A stretch of DNA of 64,000 nucleotides from a virus (IMGVR_UViG_3300012928_000001:1-64000); one strand, 5' to 3'. Counted from the first letter of the stretch, positions 41,215 to 51,858 are shown. Translations and numbers: made by a program. The notes: generated by a model not told the origin, from the sequence alone.

Positions 41215-42474
41215 GTGGCAACGCTCACCGATGCTGATTGGTACACGCTCACCGGGGATACGTATGTCCAAAACACGGCGCAGCTTTTTGCCGCTAGTTT
41301 CGAGGACACGATCACTCGTGCGCTCGCAGTCTTTGGCCCACGCACTGGACCGTTTGGCGCCGAGCTGGACAACGCGCAGCTTTACGGGATCTTGCAGACG
41401 CAGGGGATCACGTTCACGTCCGCGCAAGTGATCGACTCGGTCAACGTGCTTTTGCAGCGCGGGATCTTCTACCGCACGCTCGGCCCGAACCGTGCCGAGT
41501 ACATCAAAGCCGAGAATCAGGTGCCGCCTTTTTCCGAGGGTGGTGCTGGCTTTGGCGACGCGGCCACGAGCACGGCCGTCCCGGTGATCCGCCGCGGCCC
41601 TCAGGGGGAGCCCGGGCTGCAAGGCCCCGCCGGCCCCCAGGGGCCGCGAGGAATTCAGGGCACGACCGGCGTCCAGGGTCCCCAGGGAGCCACAGGCCCG
41701 GCCGGTGCCATGGGACCCCCAGGGCCCCAGGGCGACCCAGGGCCCGCGCTCGTGCCCGAGTCGTTCGCGTGGGCGTCGACGCAGCTCATCACCGCGGTCG
41801 CCAACACCTTCTACCTCATCTTCCCGGGGGCGCCCTCGGGCATGTTGACGCTTCGGCTCCCGGTCACGCCCCCGAACGGGACGCGGATCGGCCTGAGTCT
41901 CCCGACGAGCTCGCTCGCGGCGGCGGGGCAGCCCCTGACCTTGCTCGGCGGCGGCGCGACCATCTCGCTCCCGGTGGCCAATGAAGCCATGACTGTCCTC
42001 CTACAGCCAACCGATCCGCTGCTCCGCCCCGGCTTCGGATTGATCTTGACCTACTCGCAGAATGGCAATAGGTGGGTTACGTCTACCTGGTTTCAGGATG
42101 AGATCAATTTGCCGATTGGGCCTGATCGGCGAAACTCGTTTACGTCGACCGGAACTTACATCGATCTCGAAACACTCGGTACGGTTGCCGAAGGCGAAGC
42201 GTTCACATTCGAGGGGTCGGTGTCCGCGAGCTATCAGACCGGAGCGGGCGCGCGCTTCGTGGACATCATCCAAGTTCGTGGCACTGCTCGGCGCAACATG
42301 GGTGCACCCGGAACAACCGTGACAAGCAACATGCTTCCGAGCGGCAACCTACCCGGCGGCGACGCGCGGATCTTCGTGGTCGCCGGACAGAACGACGTGC
42401 GTCTACAGGTTCGCACGACCACCGCGGGCCAGACGTTGATCGTCGCGTGGAATGGAATTTGGCGATCGCTGTGA
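41215..42474 (+). CDS. Collagen-repeat virion/fiber-like protein
   Basis: About 17 Gly-X-Y triplets followed by beta-rich domains. Confidence 0.75.
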   Translation: MATLTDADWYTLTGDTYVQNTAQLFAASFEDTITRALAVFGPRTGPFGAELDNAQLYGILQTQGITFTSAQVIDSVNVLLQRGIFYRTLGPNRAEYIKAENQVPPFSEGGAGFGDAATSTAVPVIRRGPQGEPGLQGPAGPQGPRGIQGTTGVQGPQGATGPAGAMGPPGPQGDPGPALVPESFAWASTQLITAVANTFYLIFPGAPSGMLTLRLPVTPPNGTRIGLSLPTSSLAAAGQPLTLLGGGATISLPVANEAMTVLLQPTDPLLRPGFGLILTYSQNGNRWVTSTWFQDEINLPIGPDRRNSFTSTGTYIDLETLGTVAEGEAFTFEGSVSASYQTGAGARFVDIIQVRGTARRNMGAPGTTVTSNMLPSGNLPGGDARIFVVAGQNDVRLQVRTTTAGQTLIVAWNGIWRSL

Positions 42475-43188
42475 CTCGCATGATCGTTCGGCCTACAGTA
42501 GGCCGTGCCACGCAAAAAGACATACGACCCCAGCCGGGGTAAGCAGACCTGCAAGCGCTGCGGCACCGAAGCCCGGCCGCTCCGCCACAACAAAACGTGC
42601 GCGCTTTGTGGGGTCACGTGTTGCATGAATCAGCCCGGCACCGTCTCCGGCTTGGTCTGCGAAAAGCCGACCCGGCAGTCTCGCCGTAGCCGCCGGATAA
42701 ACCCGGAGGGCGTGTGGGTGACCAAGGTTTTTTGCTCACAAAAATGCGTCGACAACTTCGCCGTTGTGCAGACGATCAGAGGTCTTTGACATGAACGAAA
42801 ACGAGCTACTTCAATCCGTATTCAGCAAATGCCCCGTGTGCGAGGGCCCGGTCGACATCACCACGGCGGAGACCGTGAGCGTGCCGCGAACAGACGGGGG
42901 CGACTTCACCGAAGTCGTGGTGGTCTGCTCGGAGAGCTGCGCCGCCGCGGCCGAGACCATCGCAGCGATCGAGGCCGACGACGGCCGCCACCGCGAGCAC
43001 GAGGAAGAGCCCGAGGCCGACGTGAAGCCCGGAGCCAAGTTCCACGCGTACACGCTCGACGAGTTCAAGCGGCCCGAGCCTGACGAGGCCGACGACATCT
43101 CGCGCAAGTCGATGGCCGAGCTCATGGCCGGCGAGCTCCAAGAGCGCAGCGACGCATACTGACTCGGGTGTGGTAGGCTGGGCGCTCC

Positions 43189-43755
43189 ATGACCGCGCCT
43201 AACCTCGAACACATCGTGACGCCGTTGCGCCAGTTCGCCGTCCCGATTTCCGACCTGACCCCGGACCCGAAAAACGTCCGAATCCACAGCAAGCGCAACC
43301 GCGATGCGCTGCGCGTCAGCTTGACGAAATACGGGTTCATTGAGCCGATCATCGTCCAGCGGCAGGGCATGATCATCCGCGCGGGGAACTGTCGCACGAA
43401 GCTCGCGGGAGAGCTCGGATGGACCCACGTCCCCGCGCTCATCGTCGACCACAACGACGTCGAGGCGACGGCCTTCGCCATCACGCACAATCGCACAGGC
43501 GAGCTCGGCGAGTGGGATGAGAAGGCCCTCGCGCAACAGCTCGCGGAGCTGCAAGCGAGCTCGATCGAGCTGTTCACGACGACGGGTTTTGACGCGGCCG
43601 AGGTCGATAGGCTGCTCGGGACCCCGCTCGTGATTCCTGACGACCCCGTCGAAGAGCTGACCCCGCCGGACAGCTTCCCGGAGATCGACGGGACCGAGCC
43701 CACCGATCACCGCTGCCCCTCGTGCGGCTACGAATGGAACGGGAAGTCGAAGTGA
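43189..43755 (+). CDS. ParB/Srx-like N-terminal domain protein with C-terminal CPSCG
   Basis: ISDLTPDPKNVRIH, SLTKYGFIEPIIV, AGNCR, NRTGELGEWD, CPSCGYEW; family commonly adjacent to phage DNA-modification genes. Confidence 0.85.
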   Translation: MTAPNLEHIVTPLRQFAVPISDLTPDPKNVRIHSKRNRDALRVSLTKYGFIEPIIVQRQGMIIRAGNCRTKLAGELGWTHVPALIVDHNDVEATAFAITHNRTGELGEWDEKALAQQLAELQASSIELFTTTGFDAAEVDRLLGTPLVIPDDPVEELTPPDSFPEIDGTEPTDHRCPSCGYEWNGKSK

Positions 43756-44006
43756 TCGAGCAGCTCCGCCGTCGGCTCGACTATACCGACCGCCTACTGG
43801 TCCGGCTGCTCTCGCAGCGGTCGGGTCTCGTGGCCAAGGTCCAGCGCGCCCGCGCAGCCGGGGGCGGGCCCTCGCGGGACCCTGAGCGTGAGGAGGTCGT
43901 GCGAGCCCGCGCCGAGCAGCTCGCCCGCGAGCTCGGGGGCTACCCGCCCGATGTTGTGCTCACGATCTTCGAGATTCTGTTCGCCAACGCGGAGCGGGCC
44001 CAATGA
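43752..44006 (+). CDS. Chorismate mutase, AroQ class
   Basis: IEQLRRRLDYTDRLLVRLLSQR...RDPEREEVV...IFEILFANAERAQ retains the AroQ Arg/Arg/RDxxRE/terminal Gln pattern; GTGA and ATGA overlaps with both neighbours. Confidence 0.85.
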   Translation: MIEQLRRRLDYTDRLLVRLLSQRSGLVAKVQRARAAGGGPSRDPEREEVVRARAEQLARELGGYPPDVVLTIFEILFANAERAQ

Positions 44007-45091
44007 AGCCGCCGTACTACGTGCCGACCATGGCTGTGGTCGAGGCCGCGCGGGGGACCAATGGCTACACCGCGGTCTCGACGTTCTCGGGCGCGGGCGG
44101 CAGCTGTCTCGGGCACACCCTCGCCGGCTTCGCTGTGCTGTGGGCGAATGAGTTCATTCCCGCTGCGCAAGATACCTACATGCGGAATCATCCTACCTCG
44201 CATCTCGATACCCGAGACGTGCGAGAGGTGCAGGGCGCCGACATCCTGAACGCGGTCGGAAAAGACATCGGGGAGATCGATCTTTTCGATGGCAGCCCGC
44301 CGTGCTCCGCGTTCTCGAATGCGGGGAGTCGGGGCCAGCAGTGGGGAAAGATCAAAGGCTACAGCGACACCAAACAGCGGGTTGATGATCTGCTCTTCGA
44401 GTTCGCGCGTCTCGTCGCGTTCACGCGCCCGCGGGTGTTCGTCGCTGAGAACGTTGGGGGGTTGCTCCGCGGTAAGGGGTTGGGACGGTTTCGGGAGCTC
44501 GTCAAGCGTCTGCCGGGGTACACGATCCGCGCTCAGACCATGGACGCGGTTTGGATGGGCGTCCCCCAACGCCGCGAGCGGGCGATCATCATCGGTGTTC
44601 GCAGTGATCTAGGAGTGCCGCCAGCATTCCCGAAGCCGCTGAAATACTACTACACGGCCGGAGACGCGCTCCCGTGGCTACGCGCTCCCGCGGGCACCCG
44701 CGTTGCGCGTCTGGGCGAGATCACCGATCGCGTCCCTCTAGCCAAGAGCCGGCGCGAGGGCAAAAAGTACAACACCTACGAAGTGCTCCCACATAGGCCC
44801 TGTCCCACCGTCACCGTGGCGAGCGATGGCAATGACCTGTTTATCATCGGTCCGACTGAGCAGGAAGCCAATGCTGGCATCATCGCGCCCGCGGACCCGC
44901 GGAAGATCAATATCTCCGAGCTCCGCCGCCTGTGTGGCTTTCCTCCAGACTTCCAGCCTACTGGGTCGTTCTCGAAGCAATATGAGCGACTCGGCCGCGC
45001 TGTTCCGCCACCCATGATGTGCGCCGTAGCCTCGACGATCCGCGATGCTGTGCTACGAAAAGCAGACCATGGGCAGCAACAGCAGCATTGA
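44003..45091 (+). CDS. DNA cytosine-C5 methyltransferase-family enzyme, probable carboxymethyltransferase
   Basis: FSGAGG (I), GSPPC (IV), ENV (VI), QRRER (VIII); motif X reads GRAVPP instead of the usual GNAVPP. Confidence 0.9.
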   Translation: MKPPYYVPTMAVVEAARGTNGYTAVSTFSGAGGSCLGHTLAGFAVLWANEFIPAAQDTYMRNHPTSHLDTRDVREVQGADILNAVGKDIGEIDLFDGSPPCSAFSNAGSRGQQWGKIKGYSDTKQRVDDLLFEFARLVAFTRPRVFVAENVGGLLRGKGLGRFRELVKRLPGYTIRAQTMDAVWMGVPQRRERAIIIGVRSDLGVPPAFPKPLKYYYTAGDALPWLRAPAGTRVARLGEITDRVPLAKSRREGKKYNTYEVLPHRPCPTVTVASDGNDLFIIGPTEQEANAGIIAPADPRKINISELRRLCGFPPDFQPTGSFSKQYERLGRAVPPPMMCAVASTIRDAVLRKADHGQQQQH

Positions 45092-45782
45092 TCACACCCC
45101 CGAGGACCGCTGGGTCTTTGACGAGTCCGTCGCGGATTGCTTCGAGGACATGTTGTCCCGATCCATCCCACAACACGACGAGATGCGCCGACTCGTCGGC
45201 AACGTCGGCGGGGTCGGGGTGGCCGACGGGACCCTTGTCGTTGACTTGGGATGTAGCCTCGGTCAGGCGATTGTCGACGTGCGCCGAGTAGCTCTCTCGC
45301 GTGGCATCAATGCGGTGTATCATGGGCTGGAGACGAGCGCTCCGATGCTTGATCGTGCCAAAGCGCGATTCGACTCTGTCGATGTCTTTGTAACGAACGA
45401 AGATGTGCGGACATGGAACGGCGACAACTGTAGCGTGGTGCTGGCAGTGCTTACGCTACAGTTCATCCCGATCAACTACCGACAGCAAATCATCCGCAAC
45501 GTATTCGAGTCCCTGAACCCCGGTGGGCGCTTCGTGCTCGTCGAGAAAGTGCTGGGCGAAGGGGCGCAGGTCGATGATCTCATGGTCGCGCACTATCACC
45601 ACAACAAACTCCAACAGGGCTATTCGAGGCAAGCTGTACGAGCGAAAGCGGAGTCCCTCGAAGGTGTGTTGGTCCCGGTGACTGCTGGCATGAACGAATC
45701 GATGCTTCGCCGTGCGGGCTTCCGTGAGGTAGACTGCTTTTGGCGATGGATGAATTTCGCGGCATGGGTGGCGATCAAGTAG
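45069..45782 (+). CDS. cmoA: CmoA-like carboxy-S-adenosylmethionine synthase
   Basis: WVFDESVADCFEDMLSRSIP, DLGCSLG, LTLQFI, LNPGG..VLVEK, GYS...K..SLEGV, AGF...NF match the CmoA family pattern end to end. Confidence 0.8.
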   Translation: MGSNSSIDHTPEDRWVFDESVADCFEDMLSRSIPQHDEMRRLVGNVGGVGVADGTLVVDLGCSLGQAIVDVRRVALSRGINAVYHGLETSAPMLDRAKARFDSVDVFVTNEDVRTWNGDNCSVVLAVLTLQFIPINYRQQIIRNVFESLNPGGRFVLVEKVLGEGAQVDDLMVAHYHHNKLQQGYSRQAVRAKAESLEGVLVPVTAGMNESMLRRAGFREVDCFWRWMNFAAWVAIK

Positions 45783-46490
45783 CCTGCGAACACCCGAGCC
45801 CCACAGAGCTCGTGCCCGGCGTGAAGTTGTGTCGGGGCTGTGGGGCTCTCCATGTGAACGGTCGATGGGGGCGCGTCCCGTTGCCCCCAAAGCCGTGCTG
45901 TGAGGAGTGCGAGCAGAACCGTCGACGGCTCGCCGATACTTGGTACAGAGAGCGTAAGTGTGCAGGTTGCAAATGAGATCCGGCGCGCGTTTCTCCGCGC
46001 CCAAATGCGCGTTGATCTGGAGCGCAACCTAGACGCGCTAGCAGATGCGCATGGGGTGAGCGTCGAGTACGTCGCGGGTATGATCAAACACGTGATCGAG
46101 ACCTGCGCGGGGGACCACGTTGACATGCTCTTCGCCGTAGACAGTCGGCTCCAGCGGGGCGTGCATGTCGAGCCCGTCGCGCCCCTGACCGAGACCGTCA
46201 ACAAAGTACAGGCGGCGCTGTCGTCAGGCCTGAAAGACGTGGTATCGTCTGGCCCGAATGCGCTACAGCGTGAAAGTCTTCGCCGTCCGGTGTGACGAGA
46301 AGGGCCGGCGCCTGCCCACCCCCGAGGGCAAAAAGCCCTACGTCGCCCAGGACCGGGTTCACGTCGAGGCCCAGGGACACGATGCCGCCAAGGCAGCTGC
46401 GCGCGCCGAGCTGTCCAAGGGCCGTGGCCGGGTCATCTCGATCAACTTCGAAAGCGATACCGCGCTCGTGGCGTACGTGGAGAGCAGCAA

Positions 46491-47791
46491 ATGAGTCGCC
46501 GTGCAATCATTGGTAACGAGGCCGATCTAACGCGGCATCTCCCGACCGACCCCAACGACCCCGACACGCTCGTCACGGGCAATTCGGAGACCTACGATGT
46601 GTCGCGGTTTCAGATGCAGACGGCGGCGGTACACTTCGGTTTTGACGCGGGCTCTTCTGGCGACTACACGCTACAGGGAGCCGTTGGTAGTTCGAGTCCT
46701 TGGGTGGATATTCAATCGAACATCACAAGCGATACGCTGATCAACTTCTCGGAGCCGCCGAATAATCATTACTGGGCTCGGTTGCGTGTTGTTGTGAATA
46801 CTGTAGGCGCCGAAGATGATACAATCACCCTCGGCGCGCACGAGTACGTTTGGTAGTCGCAAAAAGGAAATAAAAGATGCCCGGCCGCAATCCAGTTTTT
46901 CCTGCCCCGCGAGATATTCGTCGTCAAACGTACTATCCCGGCGTTTCGCTATCGCTTGCCGAGATGGTCGCGCTCGGCCATATCGCGGGCGCAAAAATTG
47001 TGCACTTTACCGGACGCCGAGAAGATGTAGACGGTGAGGCCGAAGCATGGTCGGCACTCCTACCGACTACGCGTGCCCCATACCGGCCCGATATTTCTGG
47101 CGGACCTATTGGGTGGACTCCCGAGCCTTTGACGGCGCAGAGTACTTCGTCAGATGACGGGGGCGCCGGATCGGGTGCGCAGGTACTACTAGTTGAATAC
47201 CTGAACGCGGATGGGTTTGAACGCATTGGTCTCGCACTGCTCGCGGGAACGGGGACAGTACCGGTTCTCGAAGCAACGTCACAAGGTGTTGGTAATGCAA
47301 ACACCATTGTCCCGTTGATGCCTCCAACGCCTGCTACGGGAGTACGCGTAAACCGCGTAACAGTAGTTGCCGGTGGTGTGCCAGCAGGGAACTGCACCGT
47401 CGAACTTGGTGGTCAAGCTGCACAGCGGCTGCTTCCGGGTCAAGCGCTGTCATCGACAAGTCGCTTTACTGTGCCACGTGGATTTATTGGGTTGATTCAC
47501 GGTCTCGGCTATGGTGTTGATCGTGAACAGCGGGGGCTCGTGCGTGTTTATGCACAGCCGCTCGGGCGGCTGGACTATGAGTTCACCGCCTACGAGGCCA
47601 GTAACGGTGCCCTTGCGGTACCGCTTGCAGAGCCAATTCGGCTAGCACCGCTGGGTGAGTTGGGACTAACTTTTGAAAAGGACTCGGGTGGTGGAAACAT
47701 CGATGTATCCAGCATTCTGCAACCGATCTTCCTCCCGGATCCCAACGACCCTGATCCAGCGCCAGAACGACAAGCGCCGCCGTTGGGCTGA
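46491..47791 (+). CDS. Two beta-rich putative virion proteins (46491-46856, 46877-47791)
   Basis: G/S/T/V-rich beta-strand composition; immediately upstream of portal. Confidence 0.5.
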
Positions 47792-47798
47792 GTAGAAC

Positions 47799-49778
47799 AT
47801 GAGTGCTCTAGACGCTTTTTTTGCTACTGAGTTGCCGCCTCAACGCTCCTCGGTAGAAAAAGTCGACACAGCAAATGACGCCGTAAGTAAGGGGTCTGTG
47901 CGTACGTCATACACGGGACGAGACGGTACAGAGCGAAGCAACGTACTACAGACAGACGCAGGGACGCGACGGTTGTTCGCACGGCATGGTGCCATTGAGC
48001 CGCCTTTGGACCCTATTATGCTTGCGCATTTGCACGAGATGAGTGGGGCGCTGCGCTCAAACATCGATGCATATGTCACTAACATTGACGGTTTCAGCCA
48101 CACGTTTGAGCCGTCACTAGATCTTGACGATGACGAGACCCGCGAGCGCATCGCCCAGGCCATGCTCGAAGAGCGGATCCTCGGGGTGGTCCAAGAGGCG
48201 AGTGTCGAGGAGCAGGCCAAGCGCCTGCTGAAAGAGTTCGCCGCCGCGAATGATGGGGAGGATGGAGAGCCGACCGGGGCCGACGATCAAGCCCCCCTCG
48301 ACGTCACGCCACCGACCGATGCCGAGGTCGAGGCACGGATCGACGCCATCCGCCGGGAGATGATCCGCGAGCGCATGCGGCTCGAACGGTTTTTTGAGTT
48401 CTGCTGCGTCACGGAGAGTTTCATGTCTCTTCGCATGCGCACGCGGCAGGACATCGAGCTGATCGGGAATGGCTATTGGGAGGTGCTGCGCAACTCCAAC
48501 GGCGACATCGTGCAGTTCACGTATGTGCCAGCATTCACGGTGCGACTACTCCCGGCCGACAAGGACCCGATCGAGGTCGAGATGCCGGTGAAGCTCACCG
48601 CCATCACGGAGAACACCGAGACCGTCGTTCGCCGCTTCCGCCGATTCTTGCAGATCAGCGAGACCCGCGAGCGCACGGTGATCTACTTCAAGGAGTTCGG
48701 CGACCCACGCGTGGTGAGCTCGAAGACCGGCGAGGTCTACGAAACCCCCGAACTACTGGCAAAGGCGGAGGGCGACACTCGCCCCGCTACCGAGATGATC
48801 CACTTCAAAGTTCACAACTCCCGGACGCCCTACGGCGTGCCCCGGTGGGCGAGTGAGCTGCTCGGAGTGCTCGGCAACCGCAACGCCGACGAGGTCAACC
48901 TCGCGTACTTCGAGAACCGTGCGATCCCGCCGATGATCCTCACCGTCTCGGGTGGTCGTCTCGCGGGTGACTCCGCGACGGTCTTTGAGAACTACTTCAA
49001 ATCCCAGATCCGCGGCAAGCGGCACCATCACAGTGTGGCGATTGTCGAGGCCGAGCCCCCGGGACTCGCGGGCGGCATGACGAACGGCACCGTCAAGCTC
49101 GACGTGATCAAGCTGCGCGATGTCCAGCAGGATGACGCGATGTTCATGGGCTACCGCGAGGCCAACGTCGACGCGATCGGCTCCGTGTTCCGCATGCCCC
49201 GGCTGCTCCGCGGCGACGTGCGAGACTTCAACCGCGCGACCGCCCAGACCGCCCTCGACTTCGCCGAAATGCAGGTGTTCGCACCGCTCCGCGCTGAGTT
49301 CGATTTCACGATCAACCGGCAGATCCTCGCCGACTTTGGCGTGCGGTTTTGGAAGTTCAAGAGCGGCACGCCGGACTTCTCCGACCCCGCCGAAGTGCTG
49401 CAAAATCTCCAGCTCGCGGAGAAGTACCTCGTGCCCAACGAACAGCGCGAGGCGGCCGCGGGAGCCCTCGGCCGCGAGCTCGAAAAGCTCGACGCGGCCT
49501 GGGCCCGGGAGCGTCCTCTCGCCGTCACGCTCGCCGCCATCGAGCGCAAGACGAACCTGGTCGACGTCGACGGCGAGGCCCTGCCCGAGCAGGAGCCCCC
49601 GCCCCCACCCGAGGCCAAGCCGCTCGCGGGCGGGCCCCCAGGAGTCGACGAGGGCGAGGAAGAGCAGGCCAAGGCTATCCGCAAGAGCGTCGACGAGCGC
49701 GTGCGCGACCTGATCGAGCTGCGCGACGCCGCCGATCGGCTCGGGTTCCTGTCGACCAAGGACATGCTCGATGTGTGA
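47799..49778 (+). CDS. Portal protein (PBSX/XkdE-like)
   Basis: IEPPLDP, GNGYWEVLRN, EMIHFK, YGVPRW, YFENRAIP, FRMPRLLRG, NRATA motifs. Confidence 0.92.
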   Translation: MSALDAFFATELPPQRSSVEKVDTANDAVSKGSVRTSYTGRDGTERSNVLQTDAGTRRLFARHGAIEPPLDPIMLAHLHEMSGALRSNIDAYVTNIDGFSHTFEPSLDLDDDETRERIAQAMLEERILGVVQEASVEEQAKRLLKEFAAANDGEDGEPTGADDQAPLDVTPPTDAEVEARIDAIRREMIRERMRLERFFEFCCVTESFMSLRMRTRQDIELIGNGYWEVLRNSNGDIVQFTYVPAFTVRLLPADKDPIEVEMPVKLTAITENTETVVRRFRRFLQISETRERTVIYFKEFGDPRVVSSKTGEVYETPELLAKAEGDTRPATEMIHFKVHNSRTPYGVPRWASELLGVLGNRNADEVNLAYFENRAIPPMILTVSGGRLAGDSATVFENYFKSQIRGKRHHHSVAIVEAEPPGLAGGMTNGTVKLDVIKLRDVQQDDAMFMGYREANVDAIGSVFRMPRLLRGDVRDFNRATAQTALDFAEMQVFAPLRAEFDFTINRQILADFGVRFWKFKSGTPDFSDPAEVLQNLQLAEKYLVPNEQREAAAGALGRELEKLDAAWARERPLAVTLAAIERKTNLVDVDGEALPEQEPPPPPEAKPLAGGPPGVDEGEEEQAKAIRKSVDERVRDLIELRDAADRLGFLSTKDMLDV

Positions 49779-50832
49779 CCTGCACGTCGACTGGCACGAG
49801 GCTGCCAAGGCGGCCGATGATCTGTTGCGGATGCTCCGAATCGACGTCTCGAAGGCGCTCGATCCGATGGACCCGGACGACTTTATCAAGATCACCGCTC
49901 AGCTCTCGCGGGATCTCGAAGCAAAGCGCCGCGAGCTTGTCGCTGCCGATGTCGACGAAGCGCTCGCCGGCCTCGACGTCGATTGGGTCGGCCTCGATCC
50001 AGCGAGCCGGGACGCGCTCGTGCAGGCGACGAATCTTGCGATCACACAAGCCGAGCTCCGCACGCTGCCGACCATCAACGCCACGATCACGACCAAGGCC
50101 GAGGCCACGATCAAGGGCGCCAAACAATCGGTATCCTCGACTTTCGATCTCAACATCGGAATCAGCACAGACTTGATCGACGAGACGGTGGTCAACTCGG
50201 TCGCTCGCCAAGATGTCTACTTTCGAACCGAGATCGGCAACCGCTCGCAGGCGTTCACACAGAAAGGTCAAAAGATCATTCGTGATGGTCTCGACCAAGG
50301 ATTGCGCTCCGCCGACATCACCGCGGACCTTGTGAAGGCCGGACGGGCTGTCCACTTCGAGCGGTCCGCTCACTACATGCGCGTTGTGGCGACCCAGGCG
50401 ATGAACTCCAGTCGCGTGTTTGGAGCGCTGCGCAGCTTCGACGCGGCGGGCTTCGAAACCTACGCCTTCGACGCGGTGCTCGACGAGCGCACCACCGAGA
50501 TTTGCCGAATGCTCGACGGCTCCGTGTTCCGTGTGGGCGCCGCTCTACAGCGCTTTGCAGACATCGCGGCCAACCCCGACCCGGAAGCGGTGCGCGACCT
50601 GAAACCGTGGGTGCGCGAGCGCATCGACCCCGTGACCGGCAAGCGCGAGCTCTTCGTGCAGGACCGGCAGGGCCACCGCACCAGGCTCGCCGTGGTCGAG
50701 TCCCCGGGCTTTGGGGTGGCCGATCGCGTCGGTGTGTACTCCGACAAATTGGCGATCCCGACCATGGAGCAGCTCGGGATTAGCTATCCCCCCTTGCATG
50801 GATTGTGTCGGTCCACCATCATCCCAGAGTGA
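49771..50832 (+). CDS. Minor head morphogenesis protein (SPP1 gp7/Mu gpF family)
   Basis: AVLDERTTEICRMLDG and PPLHGLCRSTI motifs. Confidence 0.9.
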   Translation: MCDLHVDWHEAAKAADDLLRMLRIDVSKALDPMDPDDFIKITAQLSRDLEAKRRELVAADVDEALAGLDVDWVGLDPASRDALVQATNLAITQAELRTLPTINATITTKAEATIKGAKQSVSSTFDLNIGISTDLIDETVVNSVARQDVYFRTEIGNRSQAFTQKGQKIIRDGLDQGLRSADITADLVKAGRAVHFERSAHYMRVVATQAMNSSRVFGALRSFDAAGFETYAFDAVLDERTTEICRMLDGSVFRVGAALQRFADIAANPDPEAVRDLKPWVRERIDPVTGKRELFVQDRQGHRTRLAVVESPGFGVADRVGVYSDKLAIPTMEQLGISYPPLHGLCRSTIIPE

Positions 50833-51175
50833 CCATGCAGCTGGCGGACCTACACGACCAAGCCAACTTGGACCGCGTCGCCTCGGCCATCGCGCGCGCC
50901 GTGTCGATGTCCTATCTCGACGAGGACATCGGCGGCACGCAAACCGCCGACGAGACCAAGCGGCGCACCCAGCTGTGCACCGAGTATTTCAAGATCATGC
51001 GACACGACATGAACTGGTCGATCGCCAAGATCTGTGACCTCATGCCGCGTGTCCTCTTCGCCGCGATGATGGGCGAGGCTGACAAGTACATCGAATCCAT
51101 GAACAAGCGCGCCTGGGCGCGGCCCGTTGAGTACCGCACCCCCGCGGGCCTGATCATCCCCAACTGAGAGCCATC

Positions 51176-51850
51176 ATGAAGAGCCAACTGACCGCCCTCC
51201 AGACCTCGCTTGCCGAAGTGCTCGGCGAGACGCCCGACACCGGCTTCGCCTGCGAGGTCATGACTCCCGAGCAGCTGCTCACCTACGCCCACAGCGAAGT
51301 CGATCTCAGCAAGGCCGAGACCGACGACGAGGCGCGCCCGCGCCTGAGCCACCTGCTCAAGAACGTCACGACGATGCTGAGCAAGAACGCCTTCGACGGC
51401 ATGGGCACCGCCGTCCCCGTCTACCGCGGCGAGAACTCGCGCACGTCCATGACGGCCGCGTCCGAGATGAAGGCCGCCGACATGGGCAAGGGCATGGGCA
51501 TGCGCGTCAGCTTCGAGTCCGCGAACACCGAGGCCAACCCGGGCAGCAACGCCTTCGGCCGCGGCGGCCCGCAGCACGGGAACATCGGCTACAGCTTCCG
51601 CGGCATGATCGGCAAGTCGGCCGACGGCGGCGGCGAGGAGCCGACCGAGGAGAACCGCTCCGAGACCGTCGAGGCCATCGCCAAGGCCGCCAAGAGCGAC
51701 GCCAAGTTCCGCGAGATGCTGCTGGCGCAGCTCGCCGGTGAGGCCGACGACCCCGACGGCTCGCCCGCGACCAAGAGCAACCTCGGCGACGGGTGGCCCC
51801 GGGACATGGCCGCCGACGAGATCGACAACGATCCCGACCTCCAGTTCTGA
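51176..51850 (+). CDS. Putative internal head/scaffold-like protein
   Basis: Located in head module; C-terminal motif shared with 52791..53960. Confidence 0.5.
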   Translation: MKSQLTALQTSLAEVLGETPDTGFACEVMTPEQLLTYAHSEVDLSKAETDDEARPRLSHLLKNVTTMLSKNAFDGMGTAVPVYRGENSRTSMTAASEMKAADMGKGMGMRVSFESANTEANPGSNAFGRGGPQHGNIGYSFRGMIGKSADGGGEEPTEENRSETVEAIAKAAKSDAKFREMLLAQLAGEADDPDGSPATKSNLGDGWPRDMAADEIDNDPDLQF

Positions 51851-51858
51851 GGGCCAGC

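Larger units (their letters stand above)
3509..42501 (+). promoter_or_regulatory. 22 copies of a 32-bp class-2 promoter, TGTGACTCGCA-N9-GGCCTACRGTAG, apparently leaderless
   Basis: Starts at about 3509, 13364, 19050 (degenerate), 19657, 19981, 20585, 21612, 22078, 24446, 25860, 27533, 28162, 29624, 30230, 31021, 32678, 34124, 35196, 37870, 38179, 40925, 42470. GTGACT-N17-TACRGT geometry; ATG/GTG usually 5-8 nt after TACRGT. Confidence 0.9.
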
